DNA of 62,182 nucleotides, filler included, from Bipalium vagum (Eukaryota): NCBI GenBank assembly GCA_037834085.1. It is 3 parts of 3 records of this genome, joined end to end, with 100 filler letters (N's around TTAATTAATTAA, not from the genome) between each part and the next. Parts side by side here need not be neighbours in the genome. Positions count along the whole stretch, not along the records: positions 1 to 25,070 come from JBBMKC010197498.1; 2 more parts are not named here. One strand, written 5' to 3'. Positions 1 through 14,577 of the stretch are shown piece after piece. Made by a program: the position numbers and the translations under genes. Positions within the stretch are counted from its first letter, which is position 1; each line of letters opens with the position of its first letter. A model generated the notes under the pieces. That model saw only the letters and a list, made by a program, of their open reading frames with translations, ran no database searches and was not told the origin of the DNA.

Positions 1-60
1 GCTTTACTGATTGTTTTGATTTGCACCACCTAAGATTTTGGAGTCAGGTTAAATTTGATA

Positions 61-330
61 CCCTAAATATTGAACAACATTCAATATCTTCTCTGATTTG
101 GTCGTCAGAAGTGTCAAATGGGCGTCCAGAACATAGTTTGTCATTCAGAGAAAATTCTCCACAACGAAATTTGGCACACAAATTTAGAAACTGTCCTATT
201 TTTAAGGCTTCATTGTGATAGACCTGACAGATATTATAGTGTGCTTACGTTGCATTTTTGATATCCATAACCATATGAAGGAAACCTACATAACGTTTGT
301 CAATGACCACAGCATAAATGTTTAGATTTT
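61..330 (-). mobile_element. Mariner transposase N-terminal remnant (boundaries approximate)
   Basis: Reverse translation AKFRCGEFSLNDKLCSGRPFDTSDDQIR matches the mariner F..G.f.L.D..RSGRP motif. Confidence 0.6.
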
Positions 331-844
331 TAACAAAAATGTAATTATTTTACTCTCTTAACCTGTGATCCTCTGTTTTTCTATGAGGAACTCATCTTGA
401 TCAGATGCATTTTAAAAATAGCTTTGCAGATACAATTTAGCATACTGAATTAAAGTCCAGATTAGTCAGAGCACAGATTGCTTTAATTGACGGTTTAAAA
501 TTATCGCCCAGCAGTAGTTTCACTGTAGTCCCATTGGGTAAGTCTCTATTCGAAGGGTAAGCACTTGACTTCGATTACAATAAGCAATACGGAGCCTGTA
601 GATTTCAACTTATTACGAGATTCATATTTTTTTTGAGATATATATTTTGTGAGTATTTATAGATTAAATTTAATTCATCAATATAACTTGTTATAAATCA
701 ATAAAATATGAATATTATTTAAAAATATAAATTATTTTTGCTGAAATTAATCGATTCATTTTTATTAATATTAATAATAAAATTTCATAGATTATATAAA
801 TTATTAAATTATTAAAGTGTCTACTTTATATATTAAAGAAGTAC

Positions 845-866
845 TTGTTTAAACTAATCAATAAAT
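845..866 (+). promoter_or_regulatory. Conserved upstream element of SLC5 copy 1 (TTGTTTAAACTAATCAATAAAT)
   Basis: 21/22 identical to 13827-13848; lies 80 bp versus 82 bp upstream of the respective ATGs. Confidence 0.45.
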
Positions 867-924
867 TGTTTCACTAGTGTTTTTAGTTTCTTTGATTTTC
901 AGTAGATTATTTTTATTGATAAAA

Positions 925-3900
925 ATGGTTAAATTTCGCTGGTCAGATTACTTTATTTTTGCTATCCTGCTTCTTTTTTATGCATTGATTGGATTGATAA
1001 TAAAATTCAAATATGATCGTGACGGGAAAAGAAGAATTGTTGAATACGTTCTTGCTGATAGAACAATGACACTTATTCCCGTAACCGTTTCAATTTTGGT
1101 TACATTTTACTCAGCTATTGGTATTTTGGGTACAGTAGCAGAAGTTTATGTGTCAGGAATTGAATTTCTTACTAATGGCTTATCATACTTTATCGCCCTA
1201 CCGTTAACAGCGTTTGTTTATCTTCCAACCTTTTACAAGTTGAACATTGTCAGCGTTCATGAAGTAAATGAGTACTTTATTAAATTTTGTTCTCAATGAA
1301 ACCAGTACTTAGAATTAAGATTTTCAAGACTGATTAGAGTAATAGTATCCATTGTTTATGTGTTACAGATGGTAGACTTTTATTCATTATTTATAATAAA
1401 ATTTTTCATTTCAGATATTTACTATATCTGTTGTTCTGTATGCTCCTGCTTTAGCTTTCAGCCAAGGTGAGCATTATTTTAATTATGACCCTCTGATCCA
1501 TATAATGAAACGTTCAGTGTCAGGCCTCAGCTTGTGGGTCAGTATATTGTCAACCGGAATTGTATGCACTTTATACACGGCACTGGTAAGATCCATTTAT
1601 AAATAATATATTTCGTTTAATCCGTCATGCTCATCGTTGATCATGAGGCCATAATGAGATCGTTAAAAAAATGTAATAACTTTAAAGAACATAAATTTAT
1701 CAATCAATTCAACACAATGTTCTGAGGACCAGGGCAGTTACCAGCTGCATATACCTGTCAGACTGATATAAAAATCGACTAGTGTCTAGCACATCTAATT
1801 CAAGGGTCGGCAATTTTGTCATTGGAGCAGAGTCTTGCGTAAACAACAATGAAATTTCTTATCCTTCTTAACAGGAAAATCAATCTGCGACACCACATTT
1901 CTCAATGATCCAACACCTGACTTTCCAAGATACCATATGTCACAAAATCGATCGGGCCTAAAGAAGATATGTTAGCGGTTTTGATAGCACATAGGATAGT
2001 GACTACACCGAGCGCAAAAGTTTCCAGATTTTAAGAATTAAAAACTTATAAATGTCACATTTTAATCAAATTTAAAATTTCAATCTGAAAAAATAATAAA
2101 TATTAAAAAGGGTGCTTGATATTAAAAGTTTAGTCCAACATAACTTTAAATTGAAATGAATAATAATAATTTCGGTTTTACAAAATTTTTCAGCGGAATT
2201 TATCTTTTAAAATGACAAAAGAATAAAAGGCTTGAAAAGCACAATAGAAGGCGTCATCCATTTTTATTATTATTGTTATTTTTTTATAATAATAGTAATA
2301 ATTTTAATCGCAATATTAACTGATATCACAATGATATAGGTTTATTGACTAAATCGACTGAAGTTCTCTTGGTTTTATGAGCTCAGCAGTTTTGAGAGCT
2401 TTTCTAAACTATCCTTCAATCCACCTGGTAGTAAGTAGTCAGAATTAGTGAACTAACTTAAAGGCTTAACTTAAGAAATGGCCCTATTCAAATCGAATCA
2501 CTGCAAGCTTTATCGACTTAAATATTAAAATAAATAATAAAATTACTCGTCCAATGCCTGTCTTCGTCAGCAGCTAACTCTGCCATTATTAATATTAATT
2601 TTATTATTATTTATTACTATGATTATTATTATTATCCTTCTCAAGGTATCTTTTAAAATCTCAATATTATTAAATTGAATATTTTTCCTTTTTCACTGTT
2701 TAAAATAATTAAATTCACTTAATATTGATTTACTGAATTAATTTGATTTCTAATTAAATAGATATATAATAAAATCTATTTTAACGATTAAAATAAATTG
2801 ATATTGTTAAATGAAATGAAGTTATACGAATTGAGAAATAAAGAATAATTGAAGACATTCCATTCTAAATTAATTAACCTTATCATTTTGTGTGAATGAC
2901 ATTTCATCAAATCAGTAGCAAAATTGTGATCTTCATTAAGGATCAATAATGAAAGACCTTTGATTTTATTCTCACCTAATTGTAAAACATGAATTTCAGA
3001 TAATTTAATTTAATTATTTCTGTTTCAATCATTTTAACACCAAGACTTTTTTCACTGACTATTAAAATTTATTGACTGGTAATATTTATTACACCTAGAT
3101 TAATTTTCACTTATCTTATGTTTTTTTTACTTTTCCGCTACCAGATAAAGATTAACAAATTTCCTTTGATGGTCATGTTTTCCTTTGAACTAAGATATTT
3201 TATATTCTCAAGGAAACAAAATTTGGCAATGATAATAGAAAATGATGATATTATTATTGCAGGGAGGCATGCGAGCGGTAATATGGACCGACTTGATGCA
3301 GTTTTTCATCATGGTTGCTGGAATCTTGACTGTTGTTATTGAAGGATCGAAAAGAATCGGTGGCATCTCTGTCGTCTGGGACATTGCTAAGAAAACTAAT
3401 CATTTAAAATTATTTGAGTTACTCTCTTTCTAATATTATTTATTTGATCTATTTGTTCCATTTAGTTTTAATATTAATCCCTTTACTCGGCATTCGTTTT
3501 GGTCACTTTCATTTGGTTCTGCAGGCTTGTACTTAAGTATGTTTGCAACTAATCAAGTACAGGTCCAAAGATATCTTTCGTGTCGCTCGGAAAAAGTTGC
3601 TATCAAGTAATTCAGTTTATACTAATTTCGTCGTATCAATTGAAAGGTAAAAGATAAACTTGAGATAGGGATAGTTACTTTCTTAATAAATTAATATTTA
3701 CTATTTATAATCTATCCTGTATACACTTAGGTCAAAATAAAAATTCCTTAGAAATTTGATTTACCGGTCGTTTTTATAAATTTTATATAATTCTGAAAAT
3801 ATGAAAGTTTAACGCTCCATGGTCAACCATCCTGGAATCTGTCAAGACTACTAGCTAATCATCTGATAGATGTGATTGATTCTCTGGTGTTTGGTACTTC

Positions 3901-6900
3901 GGGCAGTCCGATCAGGTCATTGATACCAGTGTTGTCAAAGCTTGACGTTTCTGGTATGTGGGATAGGAAATCCTGTTTATATTTACTCCAGACTTTGTGC
4001 TCCAATAGTATCTTTGCCTGTCGTCGGATCGGAACAGTTAGCCACTCGATGGATAGGTAAATAGGATTCGCATTTATTTGCAGTATGAAACATCTTCTGG
4101 TCGTCAGAATACCGTCAGACAATGCGACATTTAAATCAAAATAGATAAAAACTTTTAATCTCCTCCAAGTTCAATTACTTGTGGACCAATAGAAAAATTG
4201 GACTTAATATTGGACATAATATTCACTCTAAGAATTGAATAAAAAAAAGTAAAATATGTCATTTCAAGAAGTGCACTAATCTATTCAATAAACAAGTTAA
4301 AAAATAGTTATTGATGAAAATAAAAATAACAAATAAACACTAACAAAAAACACTATTATGTGAAACTTAACTATATATTCTGTAAAAGATGTGGTATACA
4401 CAGTGTGGTTTATAATGAGATTCAGCAACCGGTTGAATAGAAACAGGTTCAAGTATCATGTACGACTAAGTACCATTAAATTAAAAAGCTGGTTTTTTCA
4501 AGTTCTTTTGATTGTCCTATTGAAAGAGGATAATATTAATATTAGTTTATTTCGAATTTCTTTGTAAAAATGCCAAATTATAAATTTTCCAGGCAGTGAA
4601 AACATAAGTTCTTCATTTCAGTACCAAGACGGAAGACGATAAAAATACTTCTAAAAGTTATAGAAGAATACTATATTAAAGTTATTATAGAATACTTGTT
4701 CAAAGGGAACTATTTAAAGAACTCAAGAAATGAATGAAGAATTAAACAATTTGTAAATTCGTTAAGGGGCTGTCGAAACATGACATATAAACTGCTGCTA
4801 TAATACAATTAGAGAAGATAGCGTCCATTTATTAAAATAGACCCTCATAATTGAAAATTGTCAGATTAAAATAAGTTCATATTAAATGAAAGGGATTGAT
4901 CACTTTAATTTGTGCTATTGATTTCTTTGACTGTTCTCGTTGTATTAAATCCTATTTTGAAAGGTAAAAATGGAAAACCCAAATATTTCGGTCTGTAAGC
5001 ATATCCTTTCGATAAAAATCCAAAGTTAAAATTATAACATGAAGAAACAATAAAAAACTATTAGTTACTTATCAATACTAGGCTTGCTAAGACCTTTTAG
5101 CCCCATGCGTAAATACCAAAGTTGCATGAAAATTTATAAATGTTTTAAAGTAAATCATTAGAATATAATCTATCTAGTTTTCTATTAGTAGTGATTATTT
5201 AAATTGAAAAATTTTAAGTGTCGCCTCAGATCAGACAAAAAAAACAAATTGTCGGAAGATCCATCACATTAAGATTTTAAACTACTCTCAAATCTAAAAA
5301 ATCCGTTCGTGGAAAGCTTTTTTTCGATAAATTATGTTTTTTATATTCGCTGTAGAGGAGTATCTCGAGAGCAAAATCACTTTGAAAATCGATTTTCTAA
5401 TTGGATAATCATTGGAAGAAGTGTATTGATTTTAAGGGATATTATGCTGAATAATATAATTATTTTTAAACATTGAAGTGCATTTAATTTTTAATAATTC
5501 AAATATTCCAAACTTTTTCCAAATCGAAAAGCCCATATGAAATCACAATAAAAACAGAGACTATTTTGATGATTAAATCTTTATTTTTTAAAAATATTGT
5601 ACTTTAGAAATACCATTTTAACACTTGTAGGCCTCACATAAATAAGAAAAAAATTAAGCATACAGATAAGTTACTCTTTAATCTTTATGAAGATCTATTA
5701 AGATTTTAATGTTATAAATAATTCTTATTTTTAGGGCGTTGCTTTTCAATGTTCTGTTAATATGTTTATTTTTGTGCTTGTTGATCACAGCAGGTCTAGT
5801 TACTTACTCCTCTCTAATATTTTGTGATCCATTATCTCGAGGTGTCATTAGCAAAAAAGATCAGGTATTGACTGATATGTTAATTTCATTTATGTCATCT
5901 AAGCTTAGATACTTCCATATTTTGTGATTGATTTGTTACAAAATTATTCTCCGCTTTCGGGACTATTTATGTCATCAATATTTGCCGCAGCCTTAAGGTT
6001 ACCTTTGTACATGTTTTTTAATCTTATTAAATATACATATATATATTCAGTACAATGTCCTCAGGAATTAATAGCTTATCAGCGGTTATTATGGAAGATT
6101 TATTGAAAATGTGTTCATCAGTTATGCATACCTCAGAAAAGGCAGTCAATCGTGTGGGGATTTATTTAAAAGTACTCGGTAATTGACGTTTTTAAAATCT
6201 AAGTGAAGTGATATATGTAGAACTAATAAACTGACAAGCATTATGAAACCAATTATTTCTTTGAATTGAGATTTCATTTTCTACTTACATAAGTATAAGG
6301 GCCTTGCCAATTGAAGTGTCATAAAAACTATTATTAAAGTACATCCGTGCAAGGCAGGTTCATCATCGAAAAATATAGGACTCCATGTCAAAAGAGTAAA
6401 ATTAGCAAAAAATTACTCAGATATCTGAAGATAAATACTGCGGTCGTTGACGAAAAATGGATACGTATTTATCTTTTACCTTCTCCCCAGGATAATTTTT
6501 ACTTGGTTATGGCAGATTGTGATAGTTCTATAATTACCAGAAAACAATAGCAGACATGAAGTTTCATATAATTGTTGACTGCAATTTCTTTGGTGATTTG
6601 CACTATTTTTAGAGAGTAATCAATCTGATAATGCTGAAGGTTATGTTGTTCTCCTTCAACCGAAGTTGATTATCTTTGATTCATGACAAGAATTCTGTAA
6701 AAAACATGGAATTAAGATACTAATGGAATTACCGAGGAGAAAAACACGATAGAGTACAAACAACTAAGAATTCAATAAAAAATCGTGAAGATCTAACTGT
6801 TTGCGCTTGTATAAATGTATATTTGTTGTTGAATATTTCCAATTTTTAAAACAAATGCTGTTTTTTGATACACTATTTTAACATTGGAAAAGAAAATAAA

Positions 6901-9755
6901 AGATAGCTATTGAACTTTTAGTAGGAGTTCGTGAAGGTTGAACAAGTTTTAGAGAAATCGCTAGACATTTGGGAAAAAGACATTAGATTATTGTACGATC
7001 ATGGAATGCGTGGTATGAGGAAGGCTTGTAGCACAAGAATTGAGCACGCGAACATTTTCTTGCAAATCACTTCTCCCTAGCTATGACCATGTTAACATAT
7101 TCATAATCTGCGTTTCTCTAACTGTCCATTATCAGTATGCAATTTTTGGTTTCTCTAAGCTCACCCAACTCACTAACCACAGCACGTTAATTTCACAAAA
7201 TTTCAACCTACTGTGTATCTATCTTTACCCGACTCCACCTTCTACCATTAGTTGTCTGAAACATCCACACTGTCTTTACATTTCGATGTCTATTCAAGGT
7301 TATTGGCTGTACCACATAGACAAAATGTGAGAAATTGAGCTTGGATTGATTTTTTATGTCATCAGAATTTTCTTACAAGGTTTGATCCTGAGATATGCTC
7401 TCTATCTTTCATTTAAATATCCGATTTCTTCATCGTTGGTTCCTTAAGTCCATTGATTCTTGTTCTTTTTAGTAGGAAATCTGTATCATTTCTTCCCGAT
7501 ATAATATAGAATCGATTAAGCAGCTTAAAAGGTTACGTATCAAAATATCAAATAAAGCAAACCTCTCATCAGCGTTTCGTTTAACTTTTACTGCCTCTAT
7601 TACAATCTCAATAAATAACCCTTTCACCAAAAAGTTTTCCTTGAACGAATTTCTTGTCTCTTCTCTTGACATAGTTTTTGCTTTGAATATTTTTCATAAA
7701 TTAGCAGTTTTTGATTTCCTACATTTCAATTGCATTTTAGTTGGCCAAAATTAGTTTACATTGTCATCTTCCATCTACTAGTATATAGTGGTTGTTGATT
7801 TTTTTGCTGTGACAAGTGATATTTTACTTTTTAAAAATTTTAAACTTAAAGGTTAAATGTGTTTTTCTGTTCAGCATTTGGTCTGGGTGTGGTCATAATT
7901 CTACTTGCATTCGTCTTTTCCTTAGTTTCATCAACAATTCTTCAAGTATCTATGAGTTTATTTGGCATGGCTGGTGGACCTATAATGTCCGTTTTTACAA
8001 TGGGATTGATAATCCCATGTGTAAATGAAAAAGTAAGCATTGAATATAAACCAAATATTATTTTTTTGTACACAACCAATCAAAATAAATTATTTCCAAA
8101 ATTTATTCCTTGTGATTAAATATATAAATAAGGCTCAAGTATTCTTTATAATTGGAAGGAGCTCCAAAAACTTGGAAAATTCGTTTCTTATTAACATTAT
8201 TTTTAAAATTTTTACAATAACTGTGATAACATTTCATTTTAAAAAGGGTGCTCTGGCAGGTCTCATTGGCAGTCTATTTTCAACTCTTTGGTTAGGTATC
8301 GGAGCTATAGTCCGCGCTCCAACTGAGTCCCGATATATTCCAACTAATATGTCTCTCTGTTCAAATTTTACCTCCAGTATTAATCAAACCATATCAAAAC
8401 CACACAGCTCTCATTTTTCTATTTATAATTTGTCGTATTTGTATTATCCTTTGGTGGCCATGATCGTTTGCACGATTTTATCCATTAGTGTCAGTGCTCT
8501 GACAGGTCTGTTATTTAATTGTATAAAAATCAATTGAAAAGTGTTTATACTAAGGATTTAATTCGAAAAGAAAAATTGACAAAATGTTATTTTTTGCCCT
8601 TATTCCAAAATTATCAAAATATTGGCCTGCAAGGTTTCAATCTCAAATTATGGACGAAGATGAAAAAGTATTTTTTTGTTATCTGTAGATCTCTTAGTTT
8701 TTGTAAGTATTTTAAGAAGATTCTACCTAACTTCTATAAATTCACCTACTTACTAATTTTTCAAATTTTTTTGTTCTTAGAAGTAAGCTCCGCCTCTGAC
8801 AGCAAAGAATCTTATTAGCGACGGCACCAGATACCATCTTTCTGCCTCAAATAAAGTAGTTTGTCTCAGGTAGTGACATTTTATAAAGATAAGCACACAA
8901 TGGTATCTAAGATGTACACAAATATAATGAAGACCTCTTATAAAAAGTGTCTTTGATTGTCAAACAACATGATACGTGTGTACTCACCATATTGCACCAG
9001 AAAAAATGGAGTCTCCAATAAACAAATCAGATTAATAGATTTCTCAACGTCAATTTGTGAGTATTCTTAATTAATGATTTGTGAGTTTATTAATTAAGCA
9101 AATGAATTCTAAGAAAAGCGAAGGTGTTAGTGCGAAGACCAAAAAGACTCTTTCGACTAAACGAAACAATGAAATCATGGAGAAATAAGAAAAGTTTACA
9201 GAGTTGTGGATTTAGCCAAATGATCTGATCTCAGTGGGTCTACGATCAGTAAAATAATAGCTAATAATTAGGAGTTCAAAATACTAACTAAGCTGCAAAG
9301 GCGACAGAGATTTATACACAATCGATAAAAATCTTTTATTGGCGATATGGAAGGACTTCTGAAGTTTCAAATTTATGAAAGACAGTTGAAAGATGATTCT
9401 ATCAGCCAGAATTAATTTTTGATAAGTCCAGGATGATTTATGAAGAACTTAAAAACGACCAGTAAGCTGAACACAGTTTAGAAGACTCAGTAGAGACTGA
9501 TATTTTAGAGAAATATGAGTTCAAGGCTAGAAGGAGGTGGTTCCTCAACTTCTAGAAAACTATAACTTGTTTTAGAACTTTTCTCATTTATTTACAAGTT
9601 CGTATGTGATAACTTCTACCATGGTATTTGATAAAGATTTTATTATCATTTGTTTATTTCTATTTTACAATGTATTTTATTTTAATTAGTTGGAAAAGGA
9701 AGAGACCTCCTCTCTCTACAACACCAAAGATGTGAGCGTGATAGAGTGCAGCTAA
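925..9755 (+). CDS. Sodium:solute symporter, SLC5A6/SLC5A8/SLC5A12 (SMVT/SMCT)-like, copy 1; 13 exons, 587 aa, intact
   Basis: Exons 925-1263, 1306-1371, 1415-1466, 1518-1585, 3263-3417, 3466-3606, 5735-5864, 5909-5997, 6051-6178, 7875-8032, 8247-8505, 8555-8667, 9690-9755. All introns are GT-AG and phase-consistent; CDS is 1764 nt ending in TAA. Family motifs: WSDYFIF, EYLELRF, GGMRAVIWTD, NQVQVQRYLSC, CDPLSRGVISKKDQILPYFV, STMSSGINS, SYLYY. Confidence 0.93.
3820..4125 (-). mobile_element. Non-LTR retrotransposon (RTE-like) fragment in SLC5 copy 1 intron 6
   Basis: W..Y...L and PNTRESITSIR*LASS...QDG resemble the segment just before the RT (P...E...aI..L...k..G.DG). GC content is higher than the flanks. 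Confidence 0.4.
9102..9560 (+). mobile_element. Tigger/pogo-like transposase N-terminal remnant in SLC5 copy 1 intron 12
   Basis: MNSKKSEG...KKTLSTKRNNEIMEK (psq-type HTH) and EFKARRRWFLNF (FKAS.GW..F of the CENP-B HTH); many stops. Confidence 0.6.
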
Positions 9756-12700
9756 TGGATATCAACTTTAGGAATTTTTGAAAAATATCTTCAAAATGTT
9801 ATTTTAATTTCTTATTATTTTATTTTAGAAAATTATTTTTCTTATTTTAAACTTGCAGAAATCGTAACATGTTATTAATGAAAAAAGTCGATTAAGAGAA
9901 AATTTTTAAAATATCGGATTGTAATTATTACCTAGATATTCGGACTATACCAAATGGGGACATACTATAGTGTATTTCTTTGTGATTAAATTGATAAATA
10001 AAAAACTATTAGCAAATATAATCAAGCCTAGTAAATTTACTACGGTAACCATGGTAAACTAATTCAATAATTTATTTAAACAATAATCAAAATTTCTTAT
10101 ACGATATTTCGAGGGGTCTAGAAAATTTTTAACTCTAACCACAAGATTACATTTATATTATCAATCATTTTCTACTAACTGATTATTATTATTATATTAT
10201 CATCCTTGAAATTTTAATATTTTTATCCAATAGGTTAAAATATTTTAAACAAAAATAACTATTAAAAGGTTTATTATTTTTTAAAATCAATTATATTGAG
10301 AGAAATTTTCGTCCAAAAAAATGACGGGGCACTTACTTTTTAATAAACTTAACAATGTCTTTATTTTGCTAATAATTTTCTATTTGTCAATTTGATGACA
10401 AAAAAACTTAGACGAGTTATTTCTATTTTATTTCGTATTTCTATTTTAAAACTGTTTTATAACTTAAATAAAACATTGAAATCTGAACTATGAAACGGGG
10501 AACATATTATAGTGGTACCAATTATAATTTTTTATATAAAAACATTATTATCGGTACATTGACAACTAATTTTAATTAATGTGAACACTTCTCTGAAAAA
10601 CTTTTATTCTAGGCCAATTTTTTAAAAAGTATTTGTAAAATAATTTTTCTGTCTTGTAAGTATTATATTAACCCATTTCTAGGTAGGTGTTATTAATGTT
10701 TGGGTTATGAGAAATGTTTTACTTTTTGGGTATACACTGAGTGAATTAGCATTAAATGTATTTGAGATCAAATGGGCAGCAGCCATCACAATCAAACCTT
10801 TGTATGCCCATAAGAAGACCAATTATTTAATTATCAATTTTTGCATATTTTGAAAATACCTGGTTTTAAAATGACTCTCTGGCTAATGCCTTGAATTTGC
10901 TAAACATTGATTGATGGTGATGGTGAATTCAAGTTGGTTAACTGAATAGATATATATTGAATATATACTGAATTAGATGTTGCAGTACTGATTTTAGTTT
11001 AGGAATTAATTTTTTCAGGATAACGTCCCTCAAAACATCTATACCTGCTATAAATCAAAGCCTAGGTGGGATTCAGTTGAATCTACCTTTCATTATTGGA
11101 AAGTGTTTTTCTGTCAAAAATTTCGCATGAAGGTGGTATGATTGACCAATCTGCTGCTTCTTCTTTACTCACTTTTCAATATCTTTTTATCAAGCGGCCA
11201 CCTTGATATTTCTTCCTTTGTAAAATGAAACTACATATCTTTTAACAAACACTTTTCAACCAATCAATTTTTTGCTTTTTATTATACACTTTTTTAATAG
11301 TCCTCCAAAATCAATCCTATTAGTATATCAACAGTTTATATAATATATAACCAATAAATCTAGGTAAGGTACCCTAAATAATAATTATGTATAATATTTT
11401 CTAAATTTAATTCTGCAAAAAAGTTTTGACATGAAACAGACTTTAAAATAGTTTTCTCAAATCATATTCTCTTGAATTAAAAAGGACCGCAAACATAGGA
11501 TATTGAAAGGCAAATTAACAAGTGGAACTCTAGGACTTTCAATTATTCCTCTCACGCAGAACGTATTTGTTTCAGTTGAATATTTAAGTATTTTATTCTG
11601 CAAAATAAGTGTTTATTTTTGAGTATGGTAAATGGATAATTATAAGTTTTAAAAATGTTATACTACTTAAGTGATTATTATTATGATTTATAATAAATTA
11701 TTATCAGTATTGCAGGCAATAAAATATTGGTGCACAATAAAAATTTTAAATGAGAATTTTAACACAAACATGCACATGCAGCTATAAATAAAATATTAAT
11801 GGGATCACTCAGGTTAAAAAGGTAATTGAAAAATTTAAATTCCTCTAAAGAATGATAAGTTTAAACGGTTTCTCTCCAAACAATGGGAGGAAAGAATTAG
11901 AATGATGATCGAAACAATAAAAAATAATTTATTTCTCATGAATTTATTTACATCTCATCTCAGGTGATGAATATAATTCTGAATCCTGTACATCTAATTG
12001 TAAATATCAGTATATAATGTTTCATCAAAAGATTTCGGGATATTTTCAGAATAACTATTGTAAATATTGATTTGGATAATGTGTATAAGGGTAAAAATTT
12101 CTTATAGAGTCAACATTGTAATTTATATTGATTTCATAAAATGGGATAAAAATATCAGTCTATTGATCATTTTGGAAAATTTTTCCAATAATACCACAAT
12201 AAATTAAGGTATGAGAAGAAAATATATGACGTCATTAATTACCTTTTATAAAAATTAAATTTTACTTCTTTCGTATTTGTTAATAAAACGCTTACATATA
12301 TATAGTAACTAATAATAACTAAAAATAATTTTTAATGTAAATAAAATAATGTATAAGCCCTGGTAATCAACCAAAGAACAAAAATAATCAGCTACCAAAG
12401 AAAGCAACAATTAGAAAATTAATCTAAAGAATTCCAGTGACATTCTTATCAACATCCACAATCAAAAGAGACAGCAGCAATTAATCTTCAGAGACTAAAT
12501 CTAAGAACATTGGTATGCAATTCATAGCCATAAATCCCCAATAGGAAAAAACTTTTTATTCATCCATAAATACGACTATGCATAGAACTACAATCAGTCA
12601 ACGAAAAACCTTGCAACTACTTGTTTCTAGCTTGTCTTAGAAATAAGACAAAGTAACATATGCCTCAAGTATTCTTTTATTATTTTTAAGTAATAAACGT

Positions 12701-13826
12701 GTTTTTAATTCAATCTTCAATTATTTTTAACTTCTCTTATAATTGAGACAAAGTTTTATTTTAAGTTGTGAAGAAAAATAATTATTTTTTTAGCATCGAT
12801 TTTCAAATAAGGAACTTTAACTTGTCTGATAGTCAGGGCAAAGTTTTAACCAACATAATTTTTTTTGAATCGGTTAAATTGTTGAAATCATTAACGTGTC
12901 TCAGAAATTCATCCTTTTTTTGATCGGATTTGTTTTGCAGACAAAGCAAAGTTTGATTTTAACAAAATAAATAAATACTCAGGCCAGGGACTGAGGATCA
13001 TATAACTTTTTCCCTTCCAATTTCTTTTCCCGTTTTTGTTTTTGTTCTTAACTCATACGCTAAGTAGGGTGGCGAGTTAAATTGTTTACCTTAATCGCGG
13101 ACCTCTGGGCGAGAGGACTTTTTAACCCCATAAATAAAGATCTAATAAAATCCATCAAGGACGATTATCCGCATTTGTAAAATAAAAATCCCTTTTTAAT
13201 ATAAAATATAATTTTGAAAAAATTGAAATCGATTTAGTCATTTGTGCTTGATTTTATTTAAACCTTATTATTAAACGTTTTTACAGCAATAATAAAAGCA
13301 ACATTCACCGCTAAGTCCTAATAACCATTATTATAGGCTCCAACTTTCATAGTTTAGGAACTTAACAATATTAATAATATCGAGAGTTACTTATTCGATA
13401 GTTTAAATAAATAATTTCAAGAAAATCTTTGGTTGTCTGGTTTATATTTTTAACTTTTTTGTCTTTTCTGAAGTATGCTAAATACCATCCATTTAGGAAT
13501 TTTAATAATCCTTTCTATTAAAAAGTGATCATTAATTTTATGAATTTTATTTTTTTCAAATTTTATTCATAATTGTGTGCTAAATTTTGTAATTTCCCTA
13601 AATTAAATAAAATCAATAAATTATTAAAAAATGATAACTTCATATCGATTAACTGTTAAAATTAATATATTTAGATAAATAGAAAAAAATCGAATAATCT
13701 TCTAAAATAATTAATGTATAATTAAAATCGATATTATAAAATGTTACTTCGTTTAAAAATTAAAATAGTTTTTTATATTACGTTAACTAAACCAGTTATT
13801 TTTAAATAATTTAATAACAGTTATAT

Positions 13827-13848
13827 TTGTTTAAACCAATCAATAAAT
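13827..13848 (+). promoter_or_regulatory. Conserved upstream element of SLC5 copy 2 (TTGTTTAAACCAATCAATAAAT)
   Basis: Counterpart of 845-866 at nearly the same distance from the start codon. Confidence 0.45.
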
Positions 13849-14577
13849 CGGCTTTGTACACTTAGCAAAGTTTGTAAATTTCTTCTTTTATTGTTAACAA
13901 TTAAAAAAATGGCTGTGTTTCACTGGTCAGACTATTTTATTTTTGCAATTTTGCTTCTCTTTTATGCTTTGATTGGTATAGTATTCAAATTCAAATATGA
14001 TCGTCACGGGAAAAGAAAAATTTTTGAATACGTTCTTGCTGATAGAACAATGACACTTGTTCCTGTAACGGCTTCAATTTTGGTTACCTCTTTTTCAGCT
14101 ATTACCGTTTTGGGTGCAGTAGCAGAATTATATGTGTCAGGAATTGAATATTTTCTAATAGTATTTTCGTATTTTATTGCGCTACCTATGGCAGCCTTTG
14201 TTTATCTTCCAACATTTTACAAGTTGAACATTGTCAGCGTCCATGAAGTAAATAAGTATTTTATTACATGTTGTTATCATTGAAAGTAGTATTTAGAATT
14301 AAGATTTTCAAAACTGATAAGAGTAACAGTATCCATTGTTTATGTGTTTCAGATGGTAAAGTGTTATTTATTATTTATAATAATAGTTCATTTCAGGTAT
14401 TTTATATATCTGTTGTTTTGTATGCTCCAGCCCTAGCTTTTAGCCAAGGTGAGCATTCTTTTAATTATGACCCTCTGACCCATAAAATGAAATGTTTAGT
14501 ATCAGGTATCAGTTTGTGGGTCAGTATATTGTCTACAGGAGTTGTTTGTACTGTATACACAGCACTGGTAAGATGTA

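Noticed and set aside
896-902. TTTTCAG upstream of the SLC5 copy 1 ATG as a trans-splice acceptor
   Set aside because: Common by chance in AT-rich DNA and not conserved in copy 2.
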